In this document: piece after piece, positions 1-10,039 of the stretch
Layout of the letters: each line of letters begins with the position of its first letter
How positions within the stretch are numbered: position 1 is the stretch's first letter
Assembly (NCBI GenBank): GCA_029573725.1
Contig: JAKQDQ010000042.1
Coordinates: forward strand, 777 to 64,776
Origin: Verrucomicrobiota bacterium
Lineage (GTDB): Bacteria > Verrucomicrobiota > Verrucomicrobiia > Limisphaerales > JADLHS01
DNA: 64,000 nucleotides
Direction: 5' to 3'
Program-made: the position numbers and the translations under genes
Notes under the pieces: generated by a model
What the model saw: the letters and a program-made list of their open reading frames with translations, nothing else
What the model was told of the DNA's origin: nothing
Database searches by the model: none

Positions 1-1
1 G

Positions 2-1282
2 ACGGAGCCGGGGTCGGGCGCGGAGACGCTGGACGCGCAGGGGTTGGTGGTTTGTCCCGGGTTGATTGATTTGCACGTGCATTTGCGGGAGCCGGGCCAG
101 ACGGCGAAGGAAACCATTGCAAGCGGGGCGGCGGCGGCGGCGAAGGGCGGGTTCACCTCGGTCCTCTGCATGCCCAACACGGCGCCGACGATTGACAATG
201 CCGGGACGGTTGCGCTGGTCAGCGCGCGCGCCCGGCGGCAACAGCTGGCCAATGTCTTTGTGGCCGGCGCCATCACCAAGGGCCTTGCCGGCGAGGAACT
301 GGCGCCCATCGGCTCGCTGCAGCGGGCCGGGGTGCTGGCGATCACGGATGACGGGCATTGCGTGCAGAACAACGAGTTGATGCGCCGGGCTTGTGAATAT
401 GCCCGGATGTTTGATTTGCCGGTGCTGGATCATTGCCAGGATTACGCGCTGGTGACGACCGGAGTCATGCATGAGGGCGAGTGGAGCACGCGCCTGGGTT
501 TGCAGGGCTGGCCGGCGGCGGGAGAGGAGGTCATCGTGGCGCGGAACATTCTCCTGGCGGAGGTGACGGGCGCGCGGGTGCATTGTCAGCATGTGAGCAC
601 GGCGGGCAGCGTGGCGTTGTTGCGCGAGGCGAAACGCCGCGGGTTGCCGATCTCGGGGGAGGCCTGCCCGCACCATTACACTCTGACGGATGCGGCGATT
701 GCGGGCAGCGAATCCTTTTGGGCCCGGGACGGCCGGAGCCTGTTTTCGGCGTTTGGCTGGCCGGAGACGCCTGCCGAACTGCCCGCCTGGCCGAGTTATG
801 ACACCCATTTCAAAATGAATCCTCCGCTGCGCTCGGCCCGGGACCGGGAGGCGGTATTGGAGGGGATTGTGGACGGAACAATTGAAATTTTGTGCAGCGA
901 TCACGCGCCACACTGTGATTTCGAGAAGGAGGTGGAGTTTGACAGCGCGCCGTTTGGCATCACGGGACTGGAGGTTGAGTTCTCCCTGGCCCTCATGCAG
1001 TTGTATCATGCGGGGCGGCTGGGGCTGGCCGAGCTGATCGCGAAGTACACCGTCGCCCCGGCACGTCTGCTGGGGTTGTCCAAGGGGACACTGGCGGTCG
1101 GTGCAGATGCCGATGTGACCCTCTTTGATCCGGACCGGGCGTGGGTCTGGCAGCGGAGCGAAACGGCGAGCCAGGCGCAGAACAATCCGTTCTATGGCTG
1201 GCGGTTGCGAGGGCGGCCGGTGGCGACGATCGTTGCCGGCCGGCGCACGGACGTTGAACAGAAAGCAGAGCTGGCCGTCTAA
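2..1282 (+). CDS. pyrC: dihydroorotase (5' end lies outside the window)
   Basis: The frame of ORF 44..1282 stays open to the window start. It has the amidohydrolase metal-binding motif DLHVHLREPG, an HCQHVST region and SDHAPH near the C-terminus. Length and layout fit class I dihydroorotase. Confidence 0.85.
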   Translation, partial: TEPGSGAETLDAQGLVVCPGLIDLHVHLREPGQTAKETIASGAAAAAKGGFTSVLCMPNTAPTIDNAGTVALVSARARRQQLANVFVAGAITKGLAGEELAPIGSLQRAGVLAITDDGHCVQNNELMRRACEYARMFDLPVLDHCQDYALVTTGVMHEGEWSTRLGLQGWPAAGEEVIVARNILLAEVTGARVHCQHVSTAGSVALLREAKRRGLPISGEACPHHYTLTDAAIAGSESFWARDGRSLFSAFGWPETPAELPAWPSYDTHFKMNPPLRSARDREAVLEGIVDGTIEILCSDHAPHCDFEKEVEFDSAPFGITGLEVEFSLALMQLYHAGRLGLAELIAKYTVAPARLLGLSKGTLAVGADADVTLFDPDRAWVWQRSETASQAQNNPFYGWRLRGRPVATIVAGRRTDVEQKAELAV

Positions 1283-1304
1283 GCAGAAGTTGCTAAACTA
1301 CGGA

Positions 1305-1748
1305 ATGATTATGAAAAAACTTATTTTGGGAACGATCACAGCCCTCGCCCTGACCGGGGTGATGGCGGCGGACGCGGTCAACTGGCTGACGGATGCCGTC
1401 AAGGCACAGGCGCAGGCCAAGGCGGAAAACAAGCTGGTGCTGCTGGATTTCACCGGTTCGGATTGGTGCGGTTGGTGCATCAAATTGAACAAGGAGGTCT
1501 TTTCGCAACCGGAATTTGCGGACTATGCGAAGCGGAATCTGGTTTGCGTGGAGGTGGATTTCCCGATGAAGAAAAAGCTGAGCGCGGAGCAGAAAAAGGC
1601 GAACGATGCACTGGCGGCGAAGTACAACATCAGGGGATATCCAACCATCATCGTGCTTAATGGCGAGGGCAAAAAAGTGGGCGAGCTGGGCTACATGAAA
1701 GGCGGACCGAAGAAATTTACGGCGGAACTGGACAAACTGAGGAAGTAA
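1305..1748 (+). CDS. secreted thioredoxin-fold protein
   Basis: Internal ATG at 1305 (MIMKKLILGTITALALTG, a signal-peptide-like N-terminus). It has the thioredoxin-like motif DFTGSDWCGWC (CxxC) and GYPT further on. The upstream part of ORF 1125..1748 overlaps pyrC and is Arg-rich noise. Confidence 0.75.
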   Translation: MIMKKLILGTITALALTGVMAADAVNWLTDAVKAQAQAKAENKLVLLDFTGSDWCGWCIKLNKEVFSQPEFADYAKRNLVCVEVDFPMKKKLSAEQKKANDALAAKYNIRGYPTIIVLNGEGKKVGELGYMKGGPKKFTAELDKLRK

Positions 1749-1829
1749 TCCAGTGCCTGGTTTCCGCGGCTGGCGACGGGGCCTCGGGCCGGCGCGGTGA
1801 GGGGTGTTTTCACAAGCCCGCGACGTCCA

Positions 1830-2555
1830 TCAATCGCGGGTGATTTCGCGCAACGCGTCTTCCAACTGGCGGCGCAACTGTTCCCGTTCGACTGCGGAAG
1901 CCTCGCGCGGCACGTGAATCAGCCGTCCCGTGCAGACGTGGCAGCGCGCAAAGGGCAGGGGGATTTGAAAGCGGTCCCAACTGCGCAATTGCAGCTTCCA
2001 ATTCAGATCGTAGGCGACGGGCAGGATGGGACGTCCGGTCAACTGCGCCAGGGCGACAATGCCTTCCTGCACCGAGTACCGTGGTCCGCGCGGGCCGTCG
2101 GGGGTGATGGCCAGATCGCAACCGTTCCCACCCCAGGTGACCAGTTCGCGCAACGCTTGCGGTCCGCGGCGGGAGGAGGAGCCGCGGACCGGCTCCACTT
2201 GGAACAACTCCAGCACCCGCGCCAGCAGAGCGCCGTCCTTGCTGGCGCTCACCAGGGCGGCCATGCGGCGGCCCGGCTGCCGGCGTTGCACCAGCCGGGC
2301 ATACAGACTCAGCACCAGCGCCAGCCGGTTGTGCCAGACGGCGAAAATGACCGGTGTAGCCGAGGCTCCGGACAAATAACCAGCTTGATCGGTGATCCGG
2401 ACCCGCACGGTGGCGCTCAGGGCGCAAACGGACAACCAGATGAGGCGCGCAAACAATCTCTGCCAGCCATTGGCCTGATGCGGAACGATCACCCCGGAGC
2501 GCCGAGGAATGCGCGGCCTGCCCGCAAGGGCATCGAATTCGGAGGGGGCGGCCAT
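1830..2555 (-). CDS. DUF374 / lysophospholipid acyltransferase family protein
   Basis: 241-aa ORF with VWHNRL (HxxxxD-like acyltransferase region), SASKDG and PDGPRGP motifs typical of DUF374 LPLAT-type proteins. Its start overlaps the ruvA stop. Confidence 0.65.
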   Translation of the reverse strand: MAAPSEFDALAGRPRIPRRSGVIVPHQANGWQRLFARLIWLSVCALSATVRVRITDQAGYLSGASATPVIFAVWHNRLALVLSLYARLVQRRQPGRRMAALVSASKDGALLARVLELFQVEPVRGSSSRRGPQALRELVTWGGNGCDLAITPDGPRGPRYSVQEGIVALAQLTGRPILPVAYDLNWKLQLRSWDRFQIPLPFARCHVCTGRLIHVPREASAVEREQLRRQLEDALREITRD

Positions 2556-3160
2556 CAGGCACCTTTTTTCAAAGCCACCCGGACGAGCGCCTCGATCCCG
2601 GCGTTATCGCCCAGCATGGCCAGCGCGGCGCGCACGGATTCATGTGCTTCCGCCGGTTTGAAGCCCAGAGCCATCAAGGCCAGCACCGCGTCGTTGAGCT
2701 TTTGCTCCGTGGCGGACAGGCCGTGCCGGGCGCTGGCGGCCTCCCAGGCGCCGGCCGCTCCGATCTTGTCACGCAGTTCCACGACGATGCGCTCGGCGGT
2801 CTTCCTGCCCACCCCGGAAATTTGGGAGAGGGCTTTGACGTCGCCCTGCGCCACCGCGCCACGGAACGCAACGGGGTTCATGCCGCTCAAAACATTCAAC
2901 GCCAGCTTCGGTCCAATGCCGCTGACGGTATTGATCAACATGCGGAACAGCTCCCGTTCCGGAGCGGTCATGAAGCCATAAAGCACCTGGGCGTCCTCGC
3001 GCACGACAAGGTGCGTGAGGATTTTGATCTCCGCCCCGGGCGCGGGCAATTTATCGAAGGACGAGAGTGGAATCAGCACGTCATAACCCACGCCATGGAC
3101 CTCCACGATCACCTGCGTGGGCAGGGCTTCCACCAGTTGGCCGTGAAGAAATGAAATCAT
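2555..3160 (-). CDS. ruvA: Holliday junction branch migration complex subunit RuvA
   Basis: N-terminus MISFLHGQL...VEVHGVGYDV, two helix-hairpin-helix segments (ISGVGRKTAERI) and a C-terminal domain III. 201 aa. Confidence 0.9.
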   Translation of the reverse strand: MISFLHGQLVEALPTQVIVEVHGVGYDVLIPLSSFDKLPAPGAEIKILTHLVVREDAQVLYGFMTAPERELFRMLINTVSGIGPKLALNVLSGMNPVAFRGAVAQGDVKALSQISGVGRKTAERIVVELRDKIGAAGAWEAASARHGLSATEQKLNDAVLALMALGFKPAEAHESVRAALAMLGDNAGIEALVRVALKKGA

Positions 3161-3295
3161 TGTGGATCAGTTGGGCACCGGTGCGGCGCACGGCCCGGGC
3201 TGCCCGCCGCGCGGGCAGCCGGATGGGATGCGTCCGCCGGCGGCAGGCGGGATGGTTGCAGGAAGGACAAGTCGGGTGCGGGGGACATGGGGCAT

Positions 3296-3883
3296 CTACA
3301 CCGGCTGGAGAGGCTTCAAGTGGCCCCGGCGACGTTCCAGGTTTTGCGCCTGCGCCAGGGCCAGGGCCAGCGCGTCCGCCGCATCGGCGGATGGCAGCAC
3401 GGCGAGGCCCAGGAGGCGTTGCACCATTTTGGCAACGGCCAGTTTTTGGGCGGCGCCGTAACCCACAATGGCCTGTTTCACCTTGCGCGGCGCGATTTCG
3501 TAAATCTCCAGGCCCGCTTCGGCCAGCGCGGCCAGCGCCGCGCCGCGCGCCTCGCCCATGACAAGGGCGGTTTTCAGATTTTGCGCGAAAAACAATCCTT
3601 CGACGGCGCAGACCGTCGGTTGGAACGTCATGGCGACTTCGCGCACGGTTTTCGCTATGTGGGCGAGGCACCGGGAATGCGGCCAGTCCCGCGGACAGAC
3701 AATGGTGCCGTGCGTCAGCGCGACCGGTTGGGGCGTCCGGGTGGCAATGACCCCGTATCCGGTGCCGCGCAGCGAGGGGTCCAGGCCGAGAATGATCCGG
3801 TGCGCGGCGGTTGCCGGCAGCGGCGGCAGCGCGGGGTGTGGCGCGGCGTGGCGCAGCCCGGCGCCTTGGACGCGGGCGGTCAT
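3296..3883 (-). CDS. ruvC: crossover junction endodeoxyribonuclease RuvC
   Basis: ILGLDPSLRGTGYGVI (catalytic Asp region), EGLFF and ADALALAL motifs. The start is set at the internal ATG at 3883. The longer ORF reaching 4063 overlaps the pssA start region. Confidence 0.8.
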   Translation of the reverse strand: MTARVQGAGLRHAAPHPALPPLPATAAHRIILGLDPSLRGTGYGVIATRTPQPVALTHGTIVCPRDWPHSRCLAHIAKTVREVAMTFQPTVCAVEGLFFAQNLKTALVMGEARGAALAALAEAGLEIYEIAPRKVKQAIVGYGAAQKLAVAKMVQRLLGLAVLPSADAADALALALAQAQNLERRRGHLKPLQPV

Positions 3884-4061
3884 TTCGTTGAATTGGCGGA
3901 GAGTAATCCCCACGTCCGCACTGTGCCAATGAATGAAGCCCCGTAAAAGGACAAAACCGTGGATTTTGTACTTTGTGCAACGACGGCGCGCTCCTACTCT
4001 GAACGCGCACGTGGCGGGCGCGGTGGAGCCGGGTCTGGCGCAACTCCCCTCACGGCAAAGC

Positions 4062-4937
4062 ATGGCTGATGATCAACAGCAATCTGGTGGGGCGCTGCCG
4101 GAGGCGAAACTGAAGATTTATTTCCTGCCCAATCTCCTGACGGCGGGGAACCTCTTCTGCGGGTTTGTCGCCCTGACCAAGATCGTGGAGGCGGATCTGC
4201 GGGCCGGGGATTATTCGGCGATCAAAGTGGCGCTGGCCTTCATCCTGGCCGCCTGTGTTTTTGATTTGTTCGACGGTCGCGTGGCGCGGCTGGTGGGCGC
4301 GGACAGCCCGTTCGGGCGCGAGTTTGATTCGCTGGCGGATTTGATTTCCTTTGGCGCCGCGCCGGCGTTTCTGGTGCACCGGATTGTGCTCAAGGACGTG
4401 TTTGTGAAATACGCGGAGTTGGGGTGGTTTGTGGCCTCGATTTATCTGGTGTGTGGCGCGTTTCGCCTGGCGCGTTTCAACACCCTGGCCGGCGCGCCGG
4501 GCGGGGGAGGCGGCCGGGAGTTTCTCGGCTTTCCCATTCCTTCGGCTGCCGCATTGGTGGCCTCGCTGACGCTGTTCATGATCTGGCTGAACGAAATGGG
4601 TTTGATGGAAGCGCGGATTACGCACACCCGATGGCGCTATCTGCTGCCGACCCTGATGCTGTTTCTGTCGTGGATGATGGTCAGCCGGGTGAAGTATCCG
4701 AGCTTCAAAGTGCTGAACCTGCGCACCACCCGGTCTTTTCCCGGGATGCTGATCGCGATTTTGTTGCTGGGAATCATTGTGGTGACGCGGGGCAAGGCGT
4801 TGATGTTCATCCTCCCGCTGTTTTTCACCGCCTATTTGATTTACGGGTTCGTGCGACCACACATCTCGCGGCGCATCCGGCGGGACATCATCGAGGAGGA
4901 CCTGGAGGATGAGGAGGACCCGCCCGCCCCGGCCTAG
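4062..4937 (+). CDS. pssA: CDP-diacylglycerol--serine O-phosphatidyltransferase
   Basis: CDP-alcohol phosphatidyltransferase signature DLFDGRVARL...G..FDSLAD plus multiple TM segments. The start is set at MADDQQQ (4062). Confidence 0.8.
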   Translation: MADDQQQSGGALPEAKLKIYFLPNLLTAGNLFCGFVALTKIVEADLRAGDYSAIKVALAFILAACVFDLFDGRVARLVGADSPFGREFDSLADLISFGAAPAFLVHRIVLKDVFVKYAELGWFVASIYLVCGAFRLARFNTLAGAPGGGGGREFLGFPIPSAAALVASLTLFMIWLNEMGLMEARITHTRWRYLLPTLMLFLSWMMVSRVKYPSFKVLNLRTTRSFPGMLIAILLLGIIVVTRGKALMFILPLFFTAYLIYGFVRPHISRRIRRDIIEEDLEDEEDPPAPA

Positions 4938-4946
4938 GCGACCATC

Positions 4947-5627
4947 ATGCCGGAGCTGCCTCCTTTCCTGGTTGCCGCGTTGACGGGATTTCTCGCCGGC
5001 GTCGCGCTGTCCATTCCAGTCGGCCCGGTCAACATCACCATTCTGAACGAAGGCGCGCGCCGGGGATTCAAATGGGCGGCGATGATCGGGATGGGCGCGA
5101 CGCTGATGGAAATGATTTATTGCGCGATTGCGTTCACCGGGTTTGCCGCCATTTTCGAAAACGGCCTGATCAAGGCGCTGATGGAGGTGTTCAGCTTTGC
5201 CTTCATGCTCTTTCTGGGGGTGAAGTTTTTGCTGTCCAAATCCGTGCCCACCATGGCGCGGATGGAGCACCGCATTGAGTTAAAACTCGAACAGCGCCTG
5301 CATCCGCACTCGGCGTTCATGACGGGATTCGTGCGCACCCTGGCCAACCCCGGGGTGCTGCTGGGGTGGATCGTGCTCGGGGCGATTTTTATTTCCCGCG
5401 GTCTGGTGCGGCCGGATTGGGAGGGCAAACTGGCCTGCCTGGCGGGCGTGACGGCGGGCGTTGGCCTGTGGTTCCTGTGCCTGAGCTGGGCCATCTCCCT
5501 GGGGCAGAAAAAATTTACTGACAAGACGCTGCTTAAAATGGAACGTATTTCCGGCGCCTGTCTGGTTGTGTTCGCCTTGTTTCAAGGGGTGTTTCTGGCC
5601 ATGCGCCTGACCAACCATAGAATGTGA
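4947..5627 (+). CDS. LysE/RhtB family amino-acid exporter
   Basis: 226-aa polytopic membrane ORF with an N-terminal PVGPVN motif and a layout typical of LysE-type translocators. Confidence 0.7.
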   Translation: MPELPPFLVAALTGFLAGVALSIPVGPVNITILNEGARRGFKWAAMIGMGATLMEMIYCAIAFTGFAAIFENGLIKALMEVFSFAFMLFLGVKFLLSKSVPTMARMEHRIELKLEQRLHPHSAFMTGFVRTLANPGVLLGWIVLGAIFISRGLVRPDWEGKLACLAGVTAGVGLWFLCLSWAISLGQKKFTDKTLLKMERISGACLVVFALFQGVFLAMRLTNHRM

Positions 5628-5648
5628 CATAAGAAGGGAACAACACCG

Positions 5649-5858
5649 ATGAAAAGCACGTTGGGCATTATTTTTCTGGTTGCCGGGGCGGGTCTGCTGG
5701 TCTGGGGCTACCGCGAGGCCCAAACTTTCAAGGGGAGATTGCATCAGACCTTCAGCGGTTCAACTAACAACCGCATTACGTGGATGTATGTGGGTGGTGC
5801 GGTTTTGGTGACCGCCGGTGCCGGGCTGGTTTATGCGAGCCGCGGCAAGGGGGGGTGA
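5649..5858 (+). CDS. small two-TM membrane protein (DUF3185-like)
   Basis: 69 aa with two hydrophobic helices flanking a polar loop. The sequence pattern recalls DUF3185. Confidence 0.55.
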   Translation: MKSTLGIIFLVAGAGLLVWGYREAQTFKGRLHQTFSGSTNNRITWMYVGGAVLVTAGAGLVYASRGKGG

Positions 5859-5869
5859 GCCCCACCGCC

Positions 5870-6325
5870 TCAGGCTGCTTCCGATTCGGTGGAGACGGCC
5901 CCGCCGCCCTCCTTCAGGGCGCTCATGATGGCGTGCCAGGCGAGGATCGCGCATTTCACCCGGGATGGGTACTTGTAAACCCCGGCGAACACGGCCAGCT
6001 TGCCGGCGTTCGCGGCGACCTTGCCGGTGGTGATCATATCATGAACTTCGGCAAACATGCGTTCGACGGCGGCTTTGGTTTTGCCCTTGGCGAATTCCGT
6101 CAACAAGGAGGCCGAGGCCTTTGAAATGCAGCAGCCCGAACCCACAAAGCTGATGTCGGTGATCGTGTCGGCGTCCATCACCAAGAACAGTTTCAGCTGA
6201 TCTCCGCAGAGGGGATTGTGTCCCTGGGCCGAACAGGTGGCGGCGGCAATTTCGTGAAAGTTCCGTGGTTTCTTGCAGTGGTCGAGAATGACCTCTTGGT
6301 AAAGGTCGTTCAAGTCATCAAACAT
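5870..6325 (-). CDS. SUF-type Fe-S cluster assembly scaffold (NifU/IscU/SufU-like)
   Basis: The internal start MFDDLNDLYQEVILDHCKKPRN, GHNPLCGD and GSGCCISKASAS carry the conserved Cys ligands of U-type scaffolds. Confidence 0.8.
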   Translation of the reverse strand: MFDDLNDLYQEVILDHCKKPRNFHEIAAATCSAQGHNPLCGDQLKLFLVMDADTITDISFVGSGCCISKASASLLTEFAKGKTKAAVERMFAEVHDMITTGKVAANAGKLAVFAGVYKYPSRVKCAILAWHAIMSALKEGGGAVSTESEAA

Positions 6326-6632
6326 GGAGGCAGTATAGCCGAGGCAAGACGAAATCCACGAAAGAATTGCTTTGGCGCGGGAAGGAGAGGACGACCGGCA
6401 GGGAGACGAAACGCATTGCGCCTCCACCCGTACAAGCCGCAATGACGCCGGCAGAAAGGGGACCATCTGCATCCCGAAAGGCGGGGCACGAAGTGGTTTG
6501 GCTCATGGAACTGATGGGGAGCGTTAATGGGGCGTGAATATCTTGTGAAAAAGATGGAGTTTGCCCGGAATTTCAGGCGTTTTTTCGGGCAAATCTCGGT
6601 TAATAATTATTTTTTAAAAAAACGCTTGAGCC

Positions 6633-6679
6633 CCACAATCCGTAGTAGCAACATGCCCGCGTTCCCCAATTAGTTGGGG
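6633..6679 (+). promoter_or_regulatory. possible tandem NrdR-box-like operators upstream of nrdJ
   Basis: Two 16-nt sites, CCACAATCCGTAGTAG (6633-6648) and the palindrome CCCCAATTAGTTGGGG (6664-6679). Their centres are 31 bp apart, about 135-180 nt upstream of the nrdJ ATG. Each matches the NrdR-box consensus acaCwAtATaTwGtgt only partially (about 9-10 of 16). Confidence 0.3.
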
Positions 6680-6811
6680 GATTTTGTTCCAAAAAAGCAG
6701 GCCCAAAATTCCGAGGAATTGACTGTGTTTTAAGCCGGATCCGGATTTTTCAGGTTCCTGGAATGATTGGGCATAACGTAGAAAAAGCCATTAATTTTAA
6801 GGTATCGAAAC

Positions 6812-9800
6812 ATGATTGATGCACGTGAAGATGTTATGACCGCTTCCACGAAATCCACTTACCGCCGCGCGGCTGGTGCGGCGTCCGTTGCGCGTGGGGC
6901 ACAACCCAAAAAGGCGGCGGCACGCAAGTCACTGCCCATCAAACGTGTCTTCAGTAGCGCCGGGATCAGCCCGTTCGATCAATTGGAATGGGACAAGCGC
7001 ACGGCCGAGATCACTGATGACAGTGGCAAGGTCATCTTCAAACAGGAAAATGTCGAAGTGCCCAAGTCGTGGTCCGTGCTGGCAACGAAGGTGGTGGTCT
7101 CGAAGTATTTCTATGGCGAGCAGAACACGCCCGAACGCGAAACGTCGGTGCGCCAGCTGGTCCATCGCATCACCCGGACGATTGCCGATTGGGGAGTCAA
7201 GGACGGATATTTCAGCAAGGCGGATGGCGAGATTTTTTATGACGAACTGACGTGGCTTTGTCTGAACCAGCACGGCGCGTTCAACTCCCCGGTCTGGTTC
7301 AATGTCGGGCTGTATCATCAGTACGGCATTGGAAAAAATTCGGACAAAGGCAACTGGGTGTACCATCCGAAGCTCCGGCAGGCGCAACGCGCGTCCACCC
7401 AGTACGAATTCCCGCAGTGCAGCGCCTGCTTCATTCAATCGGTGGAAGACAACATGGAAAGCATCATGCACCTGGCCTATGCCGAGGCGATGCTGTTCAA
7501 GTTTGGTTCGGGCACCGGCACGGATTTGACGCCGATTCGTTCCGCGCGGGAAAAGCTCAGCGGAGGCGGGCGTCCCAGCGGGCCGATGAGCTTTCTCAAG
7601 GTGTACGACCAGGTGGCCAACGTGGTGAAATCCGGCGGCAAGACCCGGCGCGCCGCCAAGATGAACACGCTGCGCGATTGGCACGGCGACATCGAGGAAT
7701 TCATTGACGCCAAGCAGAAGGAGGAAAAGAAGGCGTGGGCACTGATTGAACAGGGTTACGACGGTTCGTACAACGGCGACGCCTACGGCAGCGTGATGTA
7801 TCAGAATGAAAATCTTTCCGTCCGCGCCAGTGATGAGTTCATGCACGCGGCGGTGACCGGCCAGGAATGGTGGACGCGCGCCACCACCACCGGCCAGCCG
7901 CTCGAAAAGAAGGATGCCAGCCAGCTGCTGGACAAGATCGCCGAAGGCACCTGGATTTGCGGCGACCCGGGCATGCAATATGACGGGGCGATCCAAAAGT
8001 GGCATACCTGCAAGGGCACCGAGGCCATTCACTCAACCAATCCCTGCAGCGAGTACGTGTTCCTCAACAACACCGCCTGCAATCTCGCGTCCCTGAACCT
8101 GATGAAGTTCAAGCGGGCCGACGGCCGGTTCGACATCGAACGCTTCAAGGCCGCCGTGCGCATCTACATCACCGCCCAGGAGATTCTGGTGGACAACTCC
8201 AGCTATCCCACCAAGAACATTGCGGAAAATTCCCACATCTTCCGGACGCTGGGACTCGGGTTTGCCAACCTGGGCTCGCTCTGCATGAGCTATGGTCTGC
8301 CGTATGACAGCGACGAAGGGCGCGCCCTGGCGGGGGCAATCACGGCCATCATGACGGGCCACGCCTACGAACAATCCGCGGAAATCGCCGCCATCAGCGG
8401 CCCGTTCGCGGGCTATCACGATGCCCGCTGCCCCGGGGTGCCGCATCCGGTGAAAAAGAGCAACGTCGAATCCACGCTGGAGGTGATCCAACTCCATCGG
8501 GCCGCGGTGGAGGACATCCATCCGAGCGCGGAGTTCGGGTATTTGAAGGAGGAGGCGCGCCGTTGCTGGGATCGCGCCCTGACCCGCGGCCGGCAAGTGG
8601 GCTACCGGAACGCCCAAGTCACCGTCCTCGCGCCCACCGGCACGATTGCGTTCCTCATGGATTGTGATACGACCGGCGTTGAGCCGGACATTGCGCTGGT
8701 GAAGTACAAGCTCCTGGCGGGGGGCGGCATGTTGAAAATTGTCAATCGCACGGTGCCCGAAGGCCTGCGGCGACTGGGTTATGACGCCCGCCAAATCGAG
8801 GCCATCGTCGGGCACATTGAAAAGTTCGACACCATCGAAGATGTGGAGGAAAACGGCGCAACGGTGGCCAGCGGGCTGAAACCCGGGCATCTTCCGGTTT
8901 TCGATTGCGCCTTCAAGGCGTTCCGCGGCAAACGCAGCATCAGTTATCTGGCCCACCTCAAAATGATGGCCGCCGCCCAACCATTCATCAGCGGGGCCAT
9001 TTCCAAGACGGTGAACATGCCCAATGACTGCACCGTGGCGGATGTGCGCAACACCTATGTGGAAGCCTGGCGGATGGGCCTCAAATGTGTGGCCATCTAC
9101 CGCGATGGTTCCAAGCGTTCGCAGCCGCTGAACACCAAGCAGACCCGGGAGGGCGAGGATAAAAATGGCGCCGTTTCGTCCGCGGACATGGCGCTGGAGA
9201 CCCGGGTCAAGGAGTTGGAAAGCGAGATCACCCAGTTGCGGGAGACCGCGGGCAAACCGTTGCGTCGGCGGTTGTCGGAAACGCGCAGCGCCTTGACCCA
9301 CAAGTTCGACATTGCCGGACATGAGGGCTATCTCACGGTCGGCCTGTTCGAGGACGGCCAGCCCGGCGAATTGTTCATCACCATGGCCAAGGAGGGTTCG
9401 ACCATTGGCGGGTTGATGGATGGCATTGGCACGTTGACCAGCATGGCGCTGCAATACGGCGTCCCGTTGGAGGCCCTGGTGCGGAAGTTCGCGCATCAGC
9501 GTTTTGAGCCGAGCGGCTACACCAAAAATCCGGAAATCCGCAATGCCGCCTCGATCACGGATTACGTCTTCCGCTGGATGGCCATGCAGTTCATTCCCGG
9601 CTACCGCGAAGCGAACACGCAGTTGCGCAATCAGCCCGAGCTGGCCATTCCCGGGTTGATCGAGGAGATCAAAAAAAAAGTAAACCGTCCGGTGCCGGAT
9701 CTGCCGCTCGCGGATGACACCGAGGTGCTTGAGGTCCGGGCGGCCACAGGGAGCCGTGACGGGAGCGCCCCGGCCGGGGAGCGAGTGGTGAAAACCCTGG

Positions 9801-9922
9801 GTGATTCCGTGAAGCACTTCCAACAGGACGCGCCCACCTGTCCGAACTGCGGGCACATCGCGGTGCGTAATGCCTCGTGTTACAAATGCTTGAATTGCGG
9901 CGAGAGCCTCGGCTGCTCGTAG
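6812..9922 (+). CDS. nrdJ: adenosylcobalamin-dependent ribonucleotide reductase (class II)
   Basis: 1036-aa ORF with the active-site region NPCSEYVFLNNTACNLASLNL, a GLGFANLG motif and the C-terminal Cys-rich tail CPNCGH...CYKCLNCGESLGCS typical of NrdJ. Confidence 0.9.
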   Translation: MIDAREDVMTASTKSTYRRAAGAASVARGAQPKKAAARKSLPIKRVFSSAGISPFDQLEWDKRTAEITDDSGKVIFKQENVEVPKSWSVLATKVVVSKYFYGEQNTPERETSVRQLVHRITRTIADWGVKDGYFSKADGEIFYDELTWLCLNQHGAFNSPVWFNVGLYHQYGIGKNSDKGNWVYHPKLRQAQRASTQYEFPQCSACFIQSVEDNMESIMHLAYAEAMLFKFGSGTGTDLTPIRSAREKLSGGGRPSGPMSFLKVYDQVANVVKSGGKTRRAAKMNTLRDWHGDIEEFIDAKQKEEKKAWALIEQGYDGSYNGDAYGSVMYQNENLSVRASDEFMHAAVTGQEWWTRATTTGQPLEKKDASQLLDKIAEGTWICGDPGMQYDGAIQKWHTCKGTEAIHSTNPCSEYVFLNNTACNLASLNLMKFKRADGRFDIERFKAAVRIYITAQEILVDNSSYPTKNIAENSHIFRTLGLGFANLGSLCMSYGLPYDSDEGRALAGAITAIMTGHAYEQSAEIAAISGPFAGYHDARCPGVPHPVKKSNVESTLEVIQLHRAAVEDIHPSAEFGYLKEEARRCWDRALTRGRQVGYRNAQVTVLAPTGTIAFLMDCDTTGVEPDIALVKYKLLAGGGMLKIVNRTVPEGLRRLGYDARQIEAIVGHIEKFDTIEDVEENGATVASGLKPGHLPVFDCAFKAFRGKRSISYLAHLKMMAAAQPFISGAISKTVNMPNDCTVADVRNTYVEAWRMGLKCVAIYRDGSKRSQPLNTKQTREGEDKNGAVSSADMALETRVKELESEITQLRETAGKPLRRRLSETRSALTHKFDIAGHEGYLTVGLFEDGQPGELFITMAKEGSTIGGLMDGIGTLTSMALQYGVPLEALVRKFAHQRFEPSGYTKNPEIRNAASITDYVFRWMAMQFIPGYREANTQLRNQPELAIPGLIEEIKKKVNRPVPDLPLADDTEVLEVRAATGSRDGSAPAGERVVKTLGDSVKHFQQDAPTCPNCGHIAVRNASCYKCLNCGESLGCS

Positions 9923-9943
9923 CCGGTTTGCGCCCCCAAACCC

Positions 9944-9982
9944 GGCCGGAGAGCGAAAGTTCTCCGGCCTTCCAATTTTTCC
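9944..9982 (+). terminator. rho-independent terminator after nrdJ
   Basis: GGCCGGAGA (9944-9952) pairs with TCTCCGGCC (9961-9969) across an 8-nt loop. TTCCAATTTTTCC follows. Confidence 0.5.
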
Positions 9983-10039
9983 GGTCTTGCCGGCCGCTCA
10001 TCCCGCGCCGGCGCCCACCGGTCCGGGACGTCCGCAACC

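Noticed and set aside
4050-5270. 406-aa minus-strand ORF.
   Set aside because: It is antisense to pssA and the LysE gene. It is extremely Arg/Gln/His-rich with no motifs, so it is a shadow frame.
8033-9856. 607-aa minus-strand ORF.
   Set aside because: It lies entirely antisense to the well-supported nrdJ gene. Its composition is Arg/Gly/His-rich and degenerate, the typical shadow ORF of a high-GC gene.
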